Positions 1 through 8,823 are shown, numbered from the stretch's first letter. The stretch is DNA of 48,878 nucleotides from a virus (IMGVR_UViG_3300037183_000039:1-48878); one strand, 5' to 3'. Notes: generated by a model from the letters alone, not told the origin. A program made the numbers and translations.

Positions 1-14
1 AGGTCATCTTGCCC

Positions 15-260
15 TCATTTCTCCAGCCGGAACGCCCGGCAGGCACAACCCCGTTCACGGCACCCGGTCGAGAGTTCGAGAGCGGGCATGAGGGTAACGA
101 CAGTGACTTTCCTGCCGTCGCGCTGCTTGAACCCATGCACCATCAGGGGTTTATGGGCCGGGAACTGGTGGTGCTGACAGTCGGCGCACTTAGGGCCGTT
201 GATCAGGTCCCTGGTCGCCGCCGTCGACCGTCCGTGTCTGAGTTGCTTGGTCCGGCTCAC
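15..260 (-). CDS. small Cys/His-containing hypothetical protein
   Basis: GTG start overlaps the polymerase stop (GTGA); CxxC and CxC motifs; in the circular form the C-terminus reads ...RLHKSEEK* and overlaps the ATG of the gene at 48751. Confidence 0.6.
   Translation of the reverse strand: MSRTKQLRHGRSTAATRDLINGPKCADCQHHQFPAHKPLMVHGFKQRDGRKVTVVTLMPALELSTGCRERGCACRAFRLEK
24..133. repeat. 110-bp terminal direct repeat, copy 1 (circularity overlap)
   Basis: cagccggaacgcccggcaggcac...cgctgcttgaacc is identical to 48769-48878; bases 1-23 do not match the sequence preceding the other copy. Confidence 0.95.
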
Positions 261-2683
261 GAGGCTTCCCCCCAACGTTTTGTTATTGAGACGTCGATTT
301 CGAGCTTCACCAGGAGCCACGGGCACCGGGCCATCATGAGAGTCGACATCTGATCAACGCAAATCTGGGCGGCAGCCTTCGCCTCGGCGGCCGGAGCGTC
401 CAGCAGGATCGAATCATGCACCGGGAGGACGAGCATGGTCTTCATTCCCAGCCGCCGGAGTTCCCGGTCGACATGAATCGTCGCCAGATTGTTGATATCG
501 GCGCCCTGGGAGGCGATCATGAAATTCGCCGCTTCCCGGTGAATGGCATCGATCTTCCACTCCACCCGGTCCCGCAGAAGATTCTTGATCTCTGGGAACC
601 GGCGGTGGAGGCCGAAGCGATTGACCATGAAGCCGTACTTGTCCACGGTCGCGTGTTGCTTCCTGATCCACTTGAATACGTTGGGGTAAGCCCGCTCGTA
701 GGAGGCCAGCATCGCCTCCGCTTCCTGCTCCGTCATCCCGAACTCGGCCGCCAGGGCGTAGGCGGTGACACCGTACACGATGGCAAAGTTGATGCGCTTG
801 GCAATGGAGTACAGGCGGTGGGTCTTCTCCTTGCCCAGGTACTTCTCCTTGAACATCAGCCGGGCCGTCAGTTCGTGGAGGTTCTGGCCGGTCGTGATGG
901 CCCCGATCAGCGTCTTGTCCTCGGATTCCGACGCCACCAGCCGGACCTCGAGCTGTTTGTAGTCGGCCGAGATCACGGACCCGCCGTCGAACCGGCTGAT
1001 GACCATGCCCCGGACGAGCGGATCCTCCGGCATAGCCTGAAATGGTGGCTTGGTGACCGACAACCGATCGGTGACCACGAAAGCGGAGTTCATGGAAGGC
1101 CGGACGATGCCGTGCTCGTCGGCGAACGTGGGGAACTTCTGGAGGAAGTTGTTCTTGAGGGTCTTCATTCCCTTCCATTCCAGGTAGTTCTTGACCACCA
1201 CCGACTTGTCGGCCAGCGTCTTGATGGACGCCTCGGCCACGGAGTTCTGGCCCGTGTCGGTCTTGACGTCCGTCTTAAACTTCATGATGTCGAAGAAGAG
1301 ACGCCGCATCTGGGTGTCCGAGTTGAAGTTGAGTTCCTTCTTCTCTGACTCCAACTTCTCGACCAGTTTCTTGACCGGCGGCTGGGCCATAAGCGCCGTG
1401 GCCAGCGTGTCCATCTTCTCCTGGTATTCAGCGTCGATCTTCTCACAGTACGGCACGTCGATCTTGATGCCGCGGACCTCCATCCTGGCCGTCATCTTGG
1501 CCATGGGGAGGGCTATCGTCTTGTAATGGTTCGCCATGAGCGGATTGTAGAGCTTCTTGAGTGGTTCGATCAGATGGGCTGTCTCCCAGGAGTCGATCCC
1601 GCCGTAGGCCCCGGCCCCTGGGAACGCCGGTACTGGGCCGTCGTCCCCGACATAGGAGGCGATCCGGTCGATGGGAACGGTCTCGTAGTCCCAGCCGCGC
1701 TCCTTCATGACCGGCCAGACGTCCCAGTCAGGAGTGCCGCGGAGCTGGGCGGCCACGTCGTTGAGGCGGTGGCTCGAGTTCTCGTCCACCTGCCGGTGCA
1801 TGACCATGGTATCGTAGTGGAGGTTGACCGGCTCGACGCCGTACTCGTCGATGGCCCACCGGGTCTCGAACGCGCAGTTATGGGCGCCCTTTGCGACCGG
1901 GCTTTCCAGGAACTCCTTTATGACCTCGTGGGCACGAATGCCCCACTTTTCCACGTTGAGCCAGATAGCTTGCTTCCCGTCTGACCAGCTCGACGTCCGA
2001 ATCCGGCCGCCCTCCGATTTGAATTTCCCAGTCGTTTCCAAGTCCCAGGTAACGGGCCCCTGGAACATCCGGAGTAACCCTCGGCACTCCTTCGGACCAA
2101 CCTCGAACACCGGAGGCCCTTTCGGCTTCGTTTCCGGCCTGAGGAGGTATCCAAGTTCCCGGCAGTGAGACTCGAAGGTGGCCTTGTTGCGTGGATACCG
2201 CAAAATGTAGGACGGGTGAAGGAGCGCAAAAACTGGGACACCCTGGGCCTCCCCCACAACTCGTCCACTCCAAGTGGAAATGCCGGTCTTCCCCACCAGA
2301 GCCTTGAGTGCTATGTTGCCCAGGGCCACTAGCATCTTCGGTTTTGCGGCGGCGATCTCGGCGTCCAGGTACGGTCGGCATGCGGCAAGCTCCTCTTTAT
2401 TAGGGTCCCGGTCCTTGTGCTTGTGGTCTTGTGGGAAACACTTCACCGCGTTGGTTACGTAGGCGGGTTGGAGCTTGTACAGCCGGATGGCCTGGGTGAG
2501 GAGCTGGCCCGCCGGTCCGATGAAGCACCGCCCGTCCCGGTCCTCGTCCTTGCCCGGCGCCTGCCCCACGAACATCAGGGCCGGAGCCGCCGTCGTGCCC
2601 CGGCCCGGAATGCAGACCCGGTTAGAAGTCTGGTGTAGGGGACATTTGGTGCACCCAGGATCGGACAACAGTTGAGTGGTCAT
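257..2683 (-). CDS. polA: family A DNA polymerase with N-terminal uracil-DNA glycosylase family 4-like domain and 3'-5' exonuclease (SPO1-type architecture)
   Basis: N-term CTKC...GQAPG..ED..G..F.G.AG, NAVKC, LHPSYILR (UDG4 Fe-S fold); exo I WDLETTG, exo II HN..FE; motif A ADYKQLEVR, motif B AKRINFAIVYG, motif C VHDS. Confidence 0.95.
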   Translation of the reverse strand: MTTQLLSDPGCTKCPLHQTSNRVCIPGRGTTAAPALMFVGQAPGKDEDRDGRCFIGPAGQLLTQAIRLYKLQPAYVTNAVKCFPQDHKHKDRDPNKEELAACRPYLDAEIAAAKPKMLVALGNIALKALVGKTGISTWSGRVVGEAQGVPVFALLHPSYILRYPRNKATFESHCRELGYLLRPETKPKGPPVFEVGPKECRGLLRMFQGPVTWDLETTGKFKSEGGRIRTSSWSDGKQAIWLNVEKWGIRAHEVIKEFLESPVAKGAHNCAFETRWAIDEYGVEPVNLHYDTMVMHRQVDENSSHRLNDVAAQLRGTPDWDVWPVMKERGWDYETVPIDRIASYVGDDGPVPAFPGAGAYGGIDSWETAHLIEPLKKLYNPLMANHYKTIALPMAKMTARMEVRGIKIDVPYCEKIDAEYQEKMDTLATALMAQPPVKKLVEKLESEKKELNFNSDTQMRRLFFDIMKFKTDVKTDTGQNSVAEASIKTLADKSVVVKNYLEWKGMKTLKNNFLQKFPTFADEHGIVRPSMNSAFVVTDRLSVTKPPFQAMPEDPLVRGMVISRFDGGSVISADYKQLEVRLVASESEDKTLIGAITTGQNLHELTARLMFKEKYLGKEKTHRLYSIAKRINFAIVYGVTAYALAAEFGMTEQEAEAMLASYERAYPNVFKWIRKQHATVDKYGFMVNRFGLHRRFPEIKNLLRDRVEWKIDAIHREAANFMIASQGADINNLATIHVDRELRRLGMKTMLVLPVHDSILLDAPAAEAKAAAQICVDQMSTLMMARCPWLLVKLEIDVSITKRWGEAS

Positions 2684-3060
2684 CCCTGCTTGTTGCGTGG
2701 TTTGTCGAGTTCGATGTACGTGATCTTCATTTCCAGCATGCGTCCCAGGTCCTTATGGCACTCATTGAAAACGATGCTGAGCATGTTGGGCATCAACTCT
2801 GAGAGCCAGTGCTTGACGGACTTAGGTTCCATGTCCACCTTGTCCATAAGATGGGTGACCATGTCGATTCGGTGGGCGGTATAACAAGCCTCCACTCCAA
2901 GAATAGCTACGAGTTGCATCTTCGCGGCCTCGCGGTCGCCACGGTCGATGGCGTCTATTACTATCCTATAGGTGCTACCAACATCCTGCAGGGCCAGTTC
3001 CCTGCCAGCCATGTCAGAGAGCCGTGCTGTCAGTTCAACGTCTTTATTCTTCGCTTCCAT
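2680..3060 (-). CDS. hypothetical protein
   Basis: 126-aa ORF translationally coupled (ATGA) to polA, SD AAGGAG upstream. Confidence 0.7.
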   Translation of the reverse strand: MEAKNKDVELTARLSDMAGRELALQDVGSTYRIVIDAIDRGDREAAKMQLVAILGVEACYTAHRIDMVTHLMDKVDMEPKSVKHWLSELMPNMLSIVFNECHKDLGRMLEMKITYIELDKPRNKQG

Positions 3061-3460
3061 CCGTCGTCTCCTTCTGATCCTGGGAACGCGCCGACCGCAA
3101 TTCCCGTTCTACGACCCCCAAGATGTCAGCTCCCAGAGGTACCACCAGAAAGAAGCGATTGAGACCCTTCTTGTAGATCACCAGGATCGGGGTCTTAGTA
3201 GGGCAGCCAAGCCTGTGCTCAATACACGCCCCGGTGCGGGCGTTGCGGAACTCACAAATATACTCTCTGGCCGCCAGTTGCTCCGCGTTGAGGTACCAGT
3301 CGATGACCTGGAACGACTGGCGCTCCTTACACTCCACGTGTAGCCTGGGGTGGTCCAGGTCGCCGCCGTCACGCGTCAGGTCACACCCTGACCCGATCTT
3401 CCTCCTCACCCCGAATATCTTCCCCAGCCTCAGTTCCACCGCCTTCCACAATTTTCCCAT
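3044..3460 (-). CDS. putative Holliday junction resolvase (PD-(D/E)xK nuclease)
   Basis: WKAVE...GSG...GDL...VECK pattern; start moved to the ATG at 3460 behind AAGGAG. Confidence 0.7.
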   Translation of the reverse strand: MGKLWKAVELRLGKIFGVRRKIGSGCDLTRDGGDLDHPRLHVECKERQSFQVIDWYLNAEQLAAREYICEFRNARTGACIEHRLGCPTKTPILVIYKKGLNRFFLVVPLGADILGVVERELRSARSQDQKETTDGSEE

Positions 3461-3788
3461 TTTGATGCTCCTTCTCTTTCTTCTTGGCGTCCAAGATGTT
3501 GGGCAGTTGGACTGGGGCCAGTACCATCCTGTACTGGCTGTGGTCGACATTATAAGCTTTCAGACAGAACGCGCAGGTCTCACCTTTGAAAACGTCACGG
3601 GCGGTATAGGCGTGGAGCTTCCTGATGCTGTTGACCACATAGACCCCCACCCGGACGGTACCACAATAGACGCAGCATACCAGGGAATCACCCCACCCGG
3701 ACTTCTCCTGGTACTGACCCTCCCGGTCAGCCTTCTCTCGATACGTTGGTTTGCTCAAATTTCCCCCTGCAATTACCCCAATGACCAC
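3381..3788 (-). CDS. hypothetical protein with two CxxC pairs (start uncertain)
   Basis: CVYC and CAFC; fills the gap between exonuclease and resolvase but overlaps both. Confidence 0.4.
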   Translation of the reverse strand: MVIGVIAGGNLSKPTYREKADREGQYQEKSGWGDSLVCCVYCGTVRVGVYVVNSIRKLHAYTARDVFKGETCAFCLKAYNVDHSQYRMVLAPVQLPNILDAKKKEKEHQNGKIVEGGGTEAGEDIRGEEEDRVRV

Positions 3789-4608
3789 AACGATCTGGAG
3801 CGCACCACCACGGCGGCGGGATGGACCCCGGGTTAGTCATCGGGAAGGAACCCCGCCTGATGCCGTCGACGACCGACGCCAGGACCTCCAGGCCCCACAT
3901 CCACATCCCGGGTGACTTCTCGCCAGAGATCCGTTGGACGTACGGCGTCTTGGTTTTGATGAATGAGATGTACGAGACCTTCTTCTTCTTACGGGCCCAG
4001 GAGTAGCCGGTGAGCTGGAGGGACCGCATGAGGTCGTCGTGGGACTTGGGACGGGCGGCGGTCTTGTAATCCACCACGAGGTCCTTCTCCTCGACGTCGG
4101 TCTGTCCCTGGAGCCGGAACTCTAGGGCACCGACCTTCACGTTGTCGGAGAACGGTTCCTCGACGCTGGTCGGGTCGACCCCCTTGGAGAAGTCGGCGGC
4201 ATATTGATTCATGAAGACCTTGCCACGGGTGAACATGGTCTCCTGGTCCTCACCGTCCCAGTCGAATTTGGCCTTCTGTTCCTCACAGAGCTTAGTGAAT
4301 TCTTCGTCGGTCTTCTTGAACGAGGCCTCGTAGACGCCCATCAGGTTCTTGGCCGCCAGGGCCTTCCCTTTCTTGAGCTTCGTCTTGTTGTCCTCCTCCA
4401 TGGCCGCGTGGACAGCGATTCCTTCCAGGAGGTTCCCGTTGGGCGGCGACCGCTGGCCCAGCACGTACTTCCGGTAATAGGCTTGCGGGCACCGGAGGTA
4501 CTGGTCGGCCGCCGAGAAGTCGATGGCCTTGAGATTGACGGAACCGTCCTCATTGACGGACGGGAGGTTGATTTCCCGGAGCTTCCTGATGTCGATGTCC
4601 AAACTCAT
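3727..4608 (-). CDS. Cas4/RecB-like PD-(D/E)xK exonuclease with Fe-S cysteines
   Basis: CPQAYY, G.AVH...E, G.TD..VDYKT, QL.GY and C-terminal WC...RC....NC. Confidence 0.85.
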   Translation of the reverse strand: MSLDIDIRKLREINLPSVNEDGSVNLKAIDFSAADQYLRCPQAYYRKYVLGQRSPPNGNLLEGIAVHAAMEEDNKTKLKKGKALAAKNLMGVYEASFKKTDEEFTKLCEEQKAKFDWDGEDQETMFTRGKVFMNQYAADFSKGVDPTSVEEPFSDNVKVGALEFRLQGQTDVEEKDLVVDYKTAARPKSHDDLMRSLQLTGYSWARKKKKVSYISFIKTKTPYVQRISGEKSPGMWMWGLEVLASVVDGIRRGSFPMTNPGSIPPPWWCAPDRCGHWGNCRGKFEQTNVSREG

Positions 4609-5150
4609 TGCGACTTTCTCCCGAATTCAAGTACCTGCATTCCCACGTATTCATGTAGGAGTTTGTCTTCCGGCCAGCCACCGTTCACGACCTCACAGGC
4701 CGAAGCGATGCCCAGATTGTCTACTAACATCTTGGCTATCTCACGCGCTTGTTCCCAGCTCTGTTCCCGGGTTTGGGGCGCCACCCGCATCGTGTCGCGG
4801 GAGAGGGTCTTCCGGCTGGAAGGGCCGACCACGACAGGGAACGGTGGGAACTTGGAGTGAAAGATTTGCTGGGTCCACTCCTCCGAGTACATACCGACGA
4901 CTTTCCCCATGCAGGTATCCAGGTCTTTGCCGGAGTGGACGACAATGTGCCAGAATTCCAGGACGCTCTTCTCCTGAGCCGAACCCGGTTTGATTTTGTG
5001 CCGGAAGAATCTCCTGCCGACGGCCTTCGAATATGCCCTCGCCACCATTTCGACTATGATCGGGGTTGTGTGGCTCAGATCTAACATTCGCTGCCACAAC
5101 GTCTGCCGGGTCGGAACAATTCTGCCGAATACGCGACCGAACGGTTCCAC
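4605..5150 (-). CDS. hypothetical protein (start uncertain)
   Basis: ORF coupled (ATGA) to the exonuclease; first gene of this run. Confidence 0.6.
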   Translation of the reverse strand: MEPFGRVFGRIVPTRQTLWQRMLDLSHTTPIIVEMVARAYSKAVGRRFFRHKIKPGSAQEKSVLEFWHIVVHSGKDLDTCMGKVVGMYSEEWTQQIFHSKFPPFPVVVGPSSRKTLSRDTMRVAPQTREQSWEQAREIAKMLVDNLGIASACEVVNGGWPEDKLLHEYVGMQVLEFGRKSQ

Positions 5151-5262
5151 GTTAGTTTATCTGGGGCGGGTCGGAACCCGCGTCGCTCCGGCGACCACAA
5201 CAACACCGCTAACAGGTGACAGCAGCCAACTCCAGAATGGAGAAGCTGCCAGTGGAGGAAAA

Positions 5263-5832
5263 GTGATCAAGGAAGGGGTTCTCATCCAGGAAAATTTCCT
5301 GTCGGCCACCCAGTGCAAAGTCCTGCGTGGCCTCTACAACGACTATCATACGAAAGTAAAAGGTCTGGACTACAACCGCCGACCGACCGTACACTATCTT
5401 GACATTCAATCACCTATTGATCAGATGAGAAAGTACAACTTCAGGTCGGCGGCGGAGAGAGCCGTCCAGAAGGCGGCCGACGTCTCCGGTATGAAACTCT
5501 TCCCAGAGGCAGTGTTTCTGGCTAAGATCGGAGTCGGCGAGAGGCACCCTCTCCACTGTGATAACGTAGAAGTGGGCCAGGACGGGAAGTGGAGGCCGAA
5601 TCACACTCCTCAGAGGGACTACTCGGCCCTGATCTACCTCAATTCAGACTTCTCGGGCGGTGAACTCCACCTACCGGGACGCTTCGAAATCAAGCCGGAG
5701 GAGGGTCTCCTGGTAGGGTTCCCTAGCACCCAGGACTTCCCGCATGAGGTCTACCCGGTCACCGATGGAGTGAGGTACTCACTGCCTGTCTGGATGACGA
5801 AGGACACCAGATTCAGGCTTCATCTCCTTTAG
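5263..5832 (+). CDS. 2OG-Fe(II) oxygenase, prolyl-4-hydroxylase-like
   Basis: ENFLS, HCD iron motif, SALIYLNSDFSGGEL, distal PHEV, RYSL; GTG start behind GGAGG; lone plus-strand gene in this part. Confidence 0.85.
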   Translation: MIKEGVLIQENFLSATQCKVLRGLYNDYHTKVKGLDYNRRPTVHYLDIQSPIDQMRKYNFRSAAERAVQKAADVSGMKLFPEAVFLAKIGVGERHPLHCDNVEVGQDGKWRPNHTPQRDYSALIYLNSDFSGGELHLPGRFEIKPEEGLLVGFPSTQDFPHEVYPVTDGVRYSLPVWMTKDTRFRLHLL

Positions 5833-5834
5833 AG

Positions 5835-5888
5835 GGTGTCTACCGGGTGCGCCGCCTACCCCCAGGCAAACACTGCCCGGTAGACACC
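5835..5888. terminator. 13-bp inverted repeat between convergent genes
   Basis: ggtgtctaccggg (5835-5847) / cccggtagacacc (5876-5888); no U-tract. Confidence 0.6.
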
Positions 5889-5901
5889 GAAGGAGGAATT
5901 G

Positions 5902-6378
5902 CTACAGTTTGAGGACCGGTTGGATCATGTCCTGGTGGTGGCCGTCGACCCCGGCCGCATCATGGGCGGAGTCCAAAGCGTGAATCATAATCTTGGCCTG
6001 TTCAACCCCAAGAGTGTTTGCGGCATTTTGCAAACCTACCCCGGTAGCTGCCATGGCCTTATTCTTCTTGTCGATTTCCAGGTTTAAAGCATCGACTTCA
6101 TCGTCGACCTTCTTCTTCCGGCTGGCCTGGAAGAGAGCCAAGAGGGTGAGGAGGCCTTCTCCAACGTAATGGCCAATCGGCCCGGTGGCGTCCCCGGCTG
6201 TTTTGATGATCATGCCGGGAGCTGTCTCTGCCGGTGGTGTCACTTCGGTGTACCACCGCCCGTCCGGGGCCTGGACCTTGTGGACGCCAGAGGCGCTGTC
6301 GACCGTCTCCGAACAGGAGGACGCGCCCATGGTCATGACGACCAACAGTGCGAGTCCGAACATCATAAAGAGCTTCAT
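5902..6378 (-). CDS. putative lipoprotein / lysis accessory protein
   Basis: signal peptide MKLFMMFGLALLVVMTMGASS-C, second hydrophobic stretch followed by RKKK and coiled coil. Confidence 0.55.
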   Translation of the reverse strand: MKLFMMFGLALLVVMTMGASSCSETVDSASGVHKVQAPDGRWYTEVTPPAETAPGMIIKTAGDATGPIGHYVGEGLLTLLALFQASRKKKVDDEVDALNLEIDKKNKAMAATGVGLQNAANTLGVEQAKIMIHALDSAHDAAGVDGHHQDMIQPVLKL

Positions 6379-6394
6379 AGAGCCCTCCTTTCTT

Positions 6395-6823
6395 CTAGTG
6401 GGTGGGGGTTTTATCGGAATAAGTCAGGATGGAATGCAAGATCTTACCGGCGGCGGCGATACCGGCAGAGACGAGGGCCAGCAACCCAAGGAATTTCTTG
6501 GGATTGTGGGCGGCCGAATTCCACTCGTGCTTCTTGATCTCTTCCTCACACTTGTGCGGGGTGCTGGCTTCGCCTATCTTCAGGTGGTTCACCGCGGAAC
6601 CTACACTCTTGAGACCTTCGACGAGCGATTTGTTCAGCATGTTCTGGTTTTCCGTGTACACGACCAGACGGGTGCTGACTTCGGTCAACTTCACGGTAGC
6701 CGCGTCCAGCTTTTCATTCTGATCTTTGACTTGTTCGTGAAGTGCCTCGGCCACCTGGATCTTGCCGGACATCTGGTCCACGCGGTCCCGGAGACGGCTG
6801 AACTCCCGCTCTTCTGTCGTCAT
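6395..6823 (-). CDS. coiled-coil protein with C-terminal TM helix (holin/XhlA-like candidate)
   Basis: N-terminal heptads, KKFLGLLALVSAGIAAAGKIL TM segment, end of the late operon. Confidence 0.5.
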   Translation of the reverse strand: MTTEEREFSRLRDRVDQMSGKIQVAEALHEQVKDQNEKLDAATVKLTEVSTRLVVYTENQNMLNKSLVEGLKSVGSAVNHLKIGEASTPHKCEEEIKKHEWNSAAHNPKKFLGLLALVSAGIAAAGKILHSILTYSDKTPTH

Positions 6824-7602
6824 GTGGGCGCCCTCTTCGTATAGATCTTGGTCATAGCTTGAACGCGTCCGGTCCTGGGGGAGATGAAAGCGTGAGCCTT
6901 CATTTCACACCCGTAGGACACTACGATCCGGTCTACGTGAGCGGCGCACAGACGCTCGTTGAGCTGGGCCGAAGACAGGTTGTTCTCCGAGCCGTCGAAG
7001 GCCCGTTCCCTGATCCAGCGCGTAGCAACGACCTTCTGGCCGGACTGTACCGGGAGACCGGTATGCATCGTCCGATGGTCGATGCCACCGTCCTGCATGG
7101 TGTTGTCCCACATGAGGGCGGCGCCAACTTCCGGCTTCACTTTGATCTTGAGCTTGGTGAACTCCGTCTCACCACCGGAAGTCGGCGCTTTCAGGTACAC
7201 CATGACGGTACGGATACGCTGGCCGCCCTGGGCCAGATGTTTCCCGGCCGATGGGAGGCCCGGGTCGAACCAGTCGTGGTGGGGCTTGTACTTCTGCCAA
7301 CGCTTGTAGCCGATGATCTGGATGGGCTCCCCCTGCTCCACTCTGGTCCTGGAGACCTGGGAGATGCGACGTTCGAGGGCGTCTACGAGCGAGTCCTCCG
7401 CTCCACGGAGCATGGTGAGGAACCCGGTCCGGTAGTCGGACTCTATGGACGAGCCGGTAGCATTGTCTACCACCGTAGAATTGACCTGCCTGCCTTCCGA
7501 AATATGGAGCAAATGGTCGCACTCTTCGGGAGACATGAAACTACGGAGCAGGACCACCCGGGGGGAGTCGCTGAGCTGGACGACTAGTTCCTGTGGTTTC
7601 AC
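6820..7602 (-). CDS. prolyl 4-hydroxylase (2OG-Fe(II) oxygenase)
   Basis: PRVVLLRSFMSPEECDHL, S.YRT, GEPIQI..Y...QKYKPHHDWF, GGQRIRTVMVYL, GGETEF, H.GLPV..G.K.VATRW; GTG start overlaps the upstream stop. Confidence 0.9.
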   Translation of the reverse strand: MKPQELVVQLSDSPRVVLLRSFMSPEECDHLLHISEGRQVNSTVVDNATGSSIESDYRTGFLTMLRGAEDSLVDALERRISQVSRTRVEQGEPIQIIGYKRWQKYKPHHDWFDPGLPSAGKHLAQGGQRIRTVMVYLKAPTSGGETEFTKLKIKVKPEVGAALMWDNTMQDGGIDHRTMHTGLPVQSGQKVVATRWIRERAFDGSENNLSSAQLNERLCAAHVDRIVVSYGCEMKAHAFISPRTGRVQAMTKIYTKRAPT

Positions 7603-7826
7603 GTGGCCTGGACTCCCCAGGAGGTCTTGATCAGACCCTCCCCGTCGATTCCGGCTACCGTGGCGATGGCGCAGTTGTGCTTGTTCAGGACGGCTAGGAT
7701 CTCGTCGTGACACTCCCGGGCCCGGCGGTCCAAGTCGAACTTCGCCGCTGCCTCGAGTTCCGCCGGGGTACGGGTGACCTGGGCTGGAGTAGACTTCGCT
7801 TTGGACTCTTTCATTTTCGGGGCCAT
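7599..7826 (-). CDS. hypothetical protein
   Basis: strong SD GGAGGAGG, coupled to P4H. Confidence 0.65.
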   Translation of the reverse strand: MAPKMKESKAKSTPAQVTRTPAELEAAAKFDLDRRARECHDEILAVLNKHNCAIATVAGIDGEGLIKTSWGVQAT

Positions 7827-7837
7827 AATTCCTCCTC

Positions 7838-8353
7838 CTAAGTCGCGTTCTCGGGGAGAGGCGGAACACTGTCCTTGCCGAGGAGTTTCATCTTGGTCTC
7901 GGGCTTCTCTTCCTCGAACGGGACGCCCTCCAGTTCCTTGGACTCGTCCAGATCCGCATTCTCTGGTAGGATGGCTGCCTTACGGACCAGACGACCGAAT
8001 TCCTCACCGATGGAATCGGCCGCGCTGAAGAGGTCCTGTCGCTCACGGAACCCGGTGGGCTCCCCGGTCATGTGATCCTTGACCGCGCCCTGGACGATTG
8101 CCAATTTCACGCCGGATAGGGCTTCGAACGAGAGCTTGAGATCCACCTTCTCAGAAGGCTTCTCGATGTTGTCGATGCCGATGCTGCCACCGACATTGAT
8201 TCGGACTGCGGCGTGGGGCTCCAACTCCCGGTCGGCCGCCAGGAGCCAGTTCTCCTGGGTGCGGTTGCCGCTCTTGGCGACCTGGACTTTCAGCCAGATG
8301 ACTCGGACGTGCAACCGGGCTACGGACACCGGGAACTTCCTGGGGTTTGCCAT
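7838..8353 (-). CDS. hypothetical protein
   Basis: strong SD GGAGGAGG, in late-operon orientation. Confidence 0.7.
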   Translation of the reverse strand: MANPRKFPVSVARLHVRVIWLKVQVAKSGNRTQENWLLAADRELEPHAAVRINVGGSIGIDNIEKPSEKVDLKLSFEALSGVKLAIVQGAVKDHMTGEPTGFRERQDLFSAADSIGEEFGRLVRKAAILPENADLDESKELEGVPFEEEKPETKMKLLGKDSVPPLPENAT

Positions 8354-8405
8354 AAATTCCTCCTCCTATAAAGGTCGGGTTTCACGGTCCCGACCGCCGA
8401 CCGGA

Positions 8406-8813
8406 CTACTTGGACGAAACGTCCGGCGCGACTTCGGCCTTCACCGGGGCAACGAGGTCCAGGGCCGCCAGATCCTTGTCGTCGACCTGTTGGGCCTTGG
8501 GCTTCCCGTCCTCGACGACCTGGATCGACTTCTTGGGCATGGCCACGGGCTTCGGGTCTTCCGGGGCTGCGTCCCAAGAAGCGAAAAAAGCATCCATCGC
8601 CGGACGGACGACATCGACGAACGGGACGGCGCAAGACTTCGCGTGGACGTGACCGGGAGTCGGGTCTTTGCAAAAGACCGTCTCGCCGTGCCCGGCCAGG
8701 GGCTCGAACTTCTCGCCGGACGGCTTGTACTTGATGTCGTCCTTGAAGATCTCGCCGAGGATGACGACTTCGCCGTCGTCCATGACCCGCATCGCTTCGT
8801 AGTAGATTTTCAC
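8406..8813 (-). CDS. hypothetical protein (possible fibre chaperone)
   Basis: AAGGAGG + GTG directly downstream of the tail fibre. Confidence 0.65.
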   Translation of the reverse strand: MKIYYEAMRVMDDGEVVILGEIFKDDIKYKPSGEKFEPLAGHGETVFCKDPTPGHVHAKSCAVPFVDVVRPAMDAFFASWDAAPEDPKPVAMPKKSIQVVEDGKPKAQQVDDKDLAALDLVAPVKAEVAPDVSSK

Positions 8814-8823
8814 TGGATCCTCC

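Noticed and set aside
1-23. attP/attL integration junction
   Set aside because: No integrase in the genome and no tRNA or host-like sequence; 23 nt is too short to call.
3727-4608. Cas4 as part of a CRISPR-Cas system
   Set aside because: No array or other cas genes; solo Cas4-like exonucleases are normal in phage replication modules.
5263-7602. 2OG oxygenases as TET/JBP DNA base modifiers
   Set aside because: Motifs match P4H-type enzymes and no methylase or glycosyltransferase partner is visible; not fully excluded for 5263-5832.
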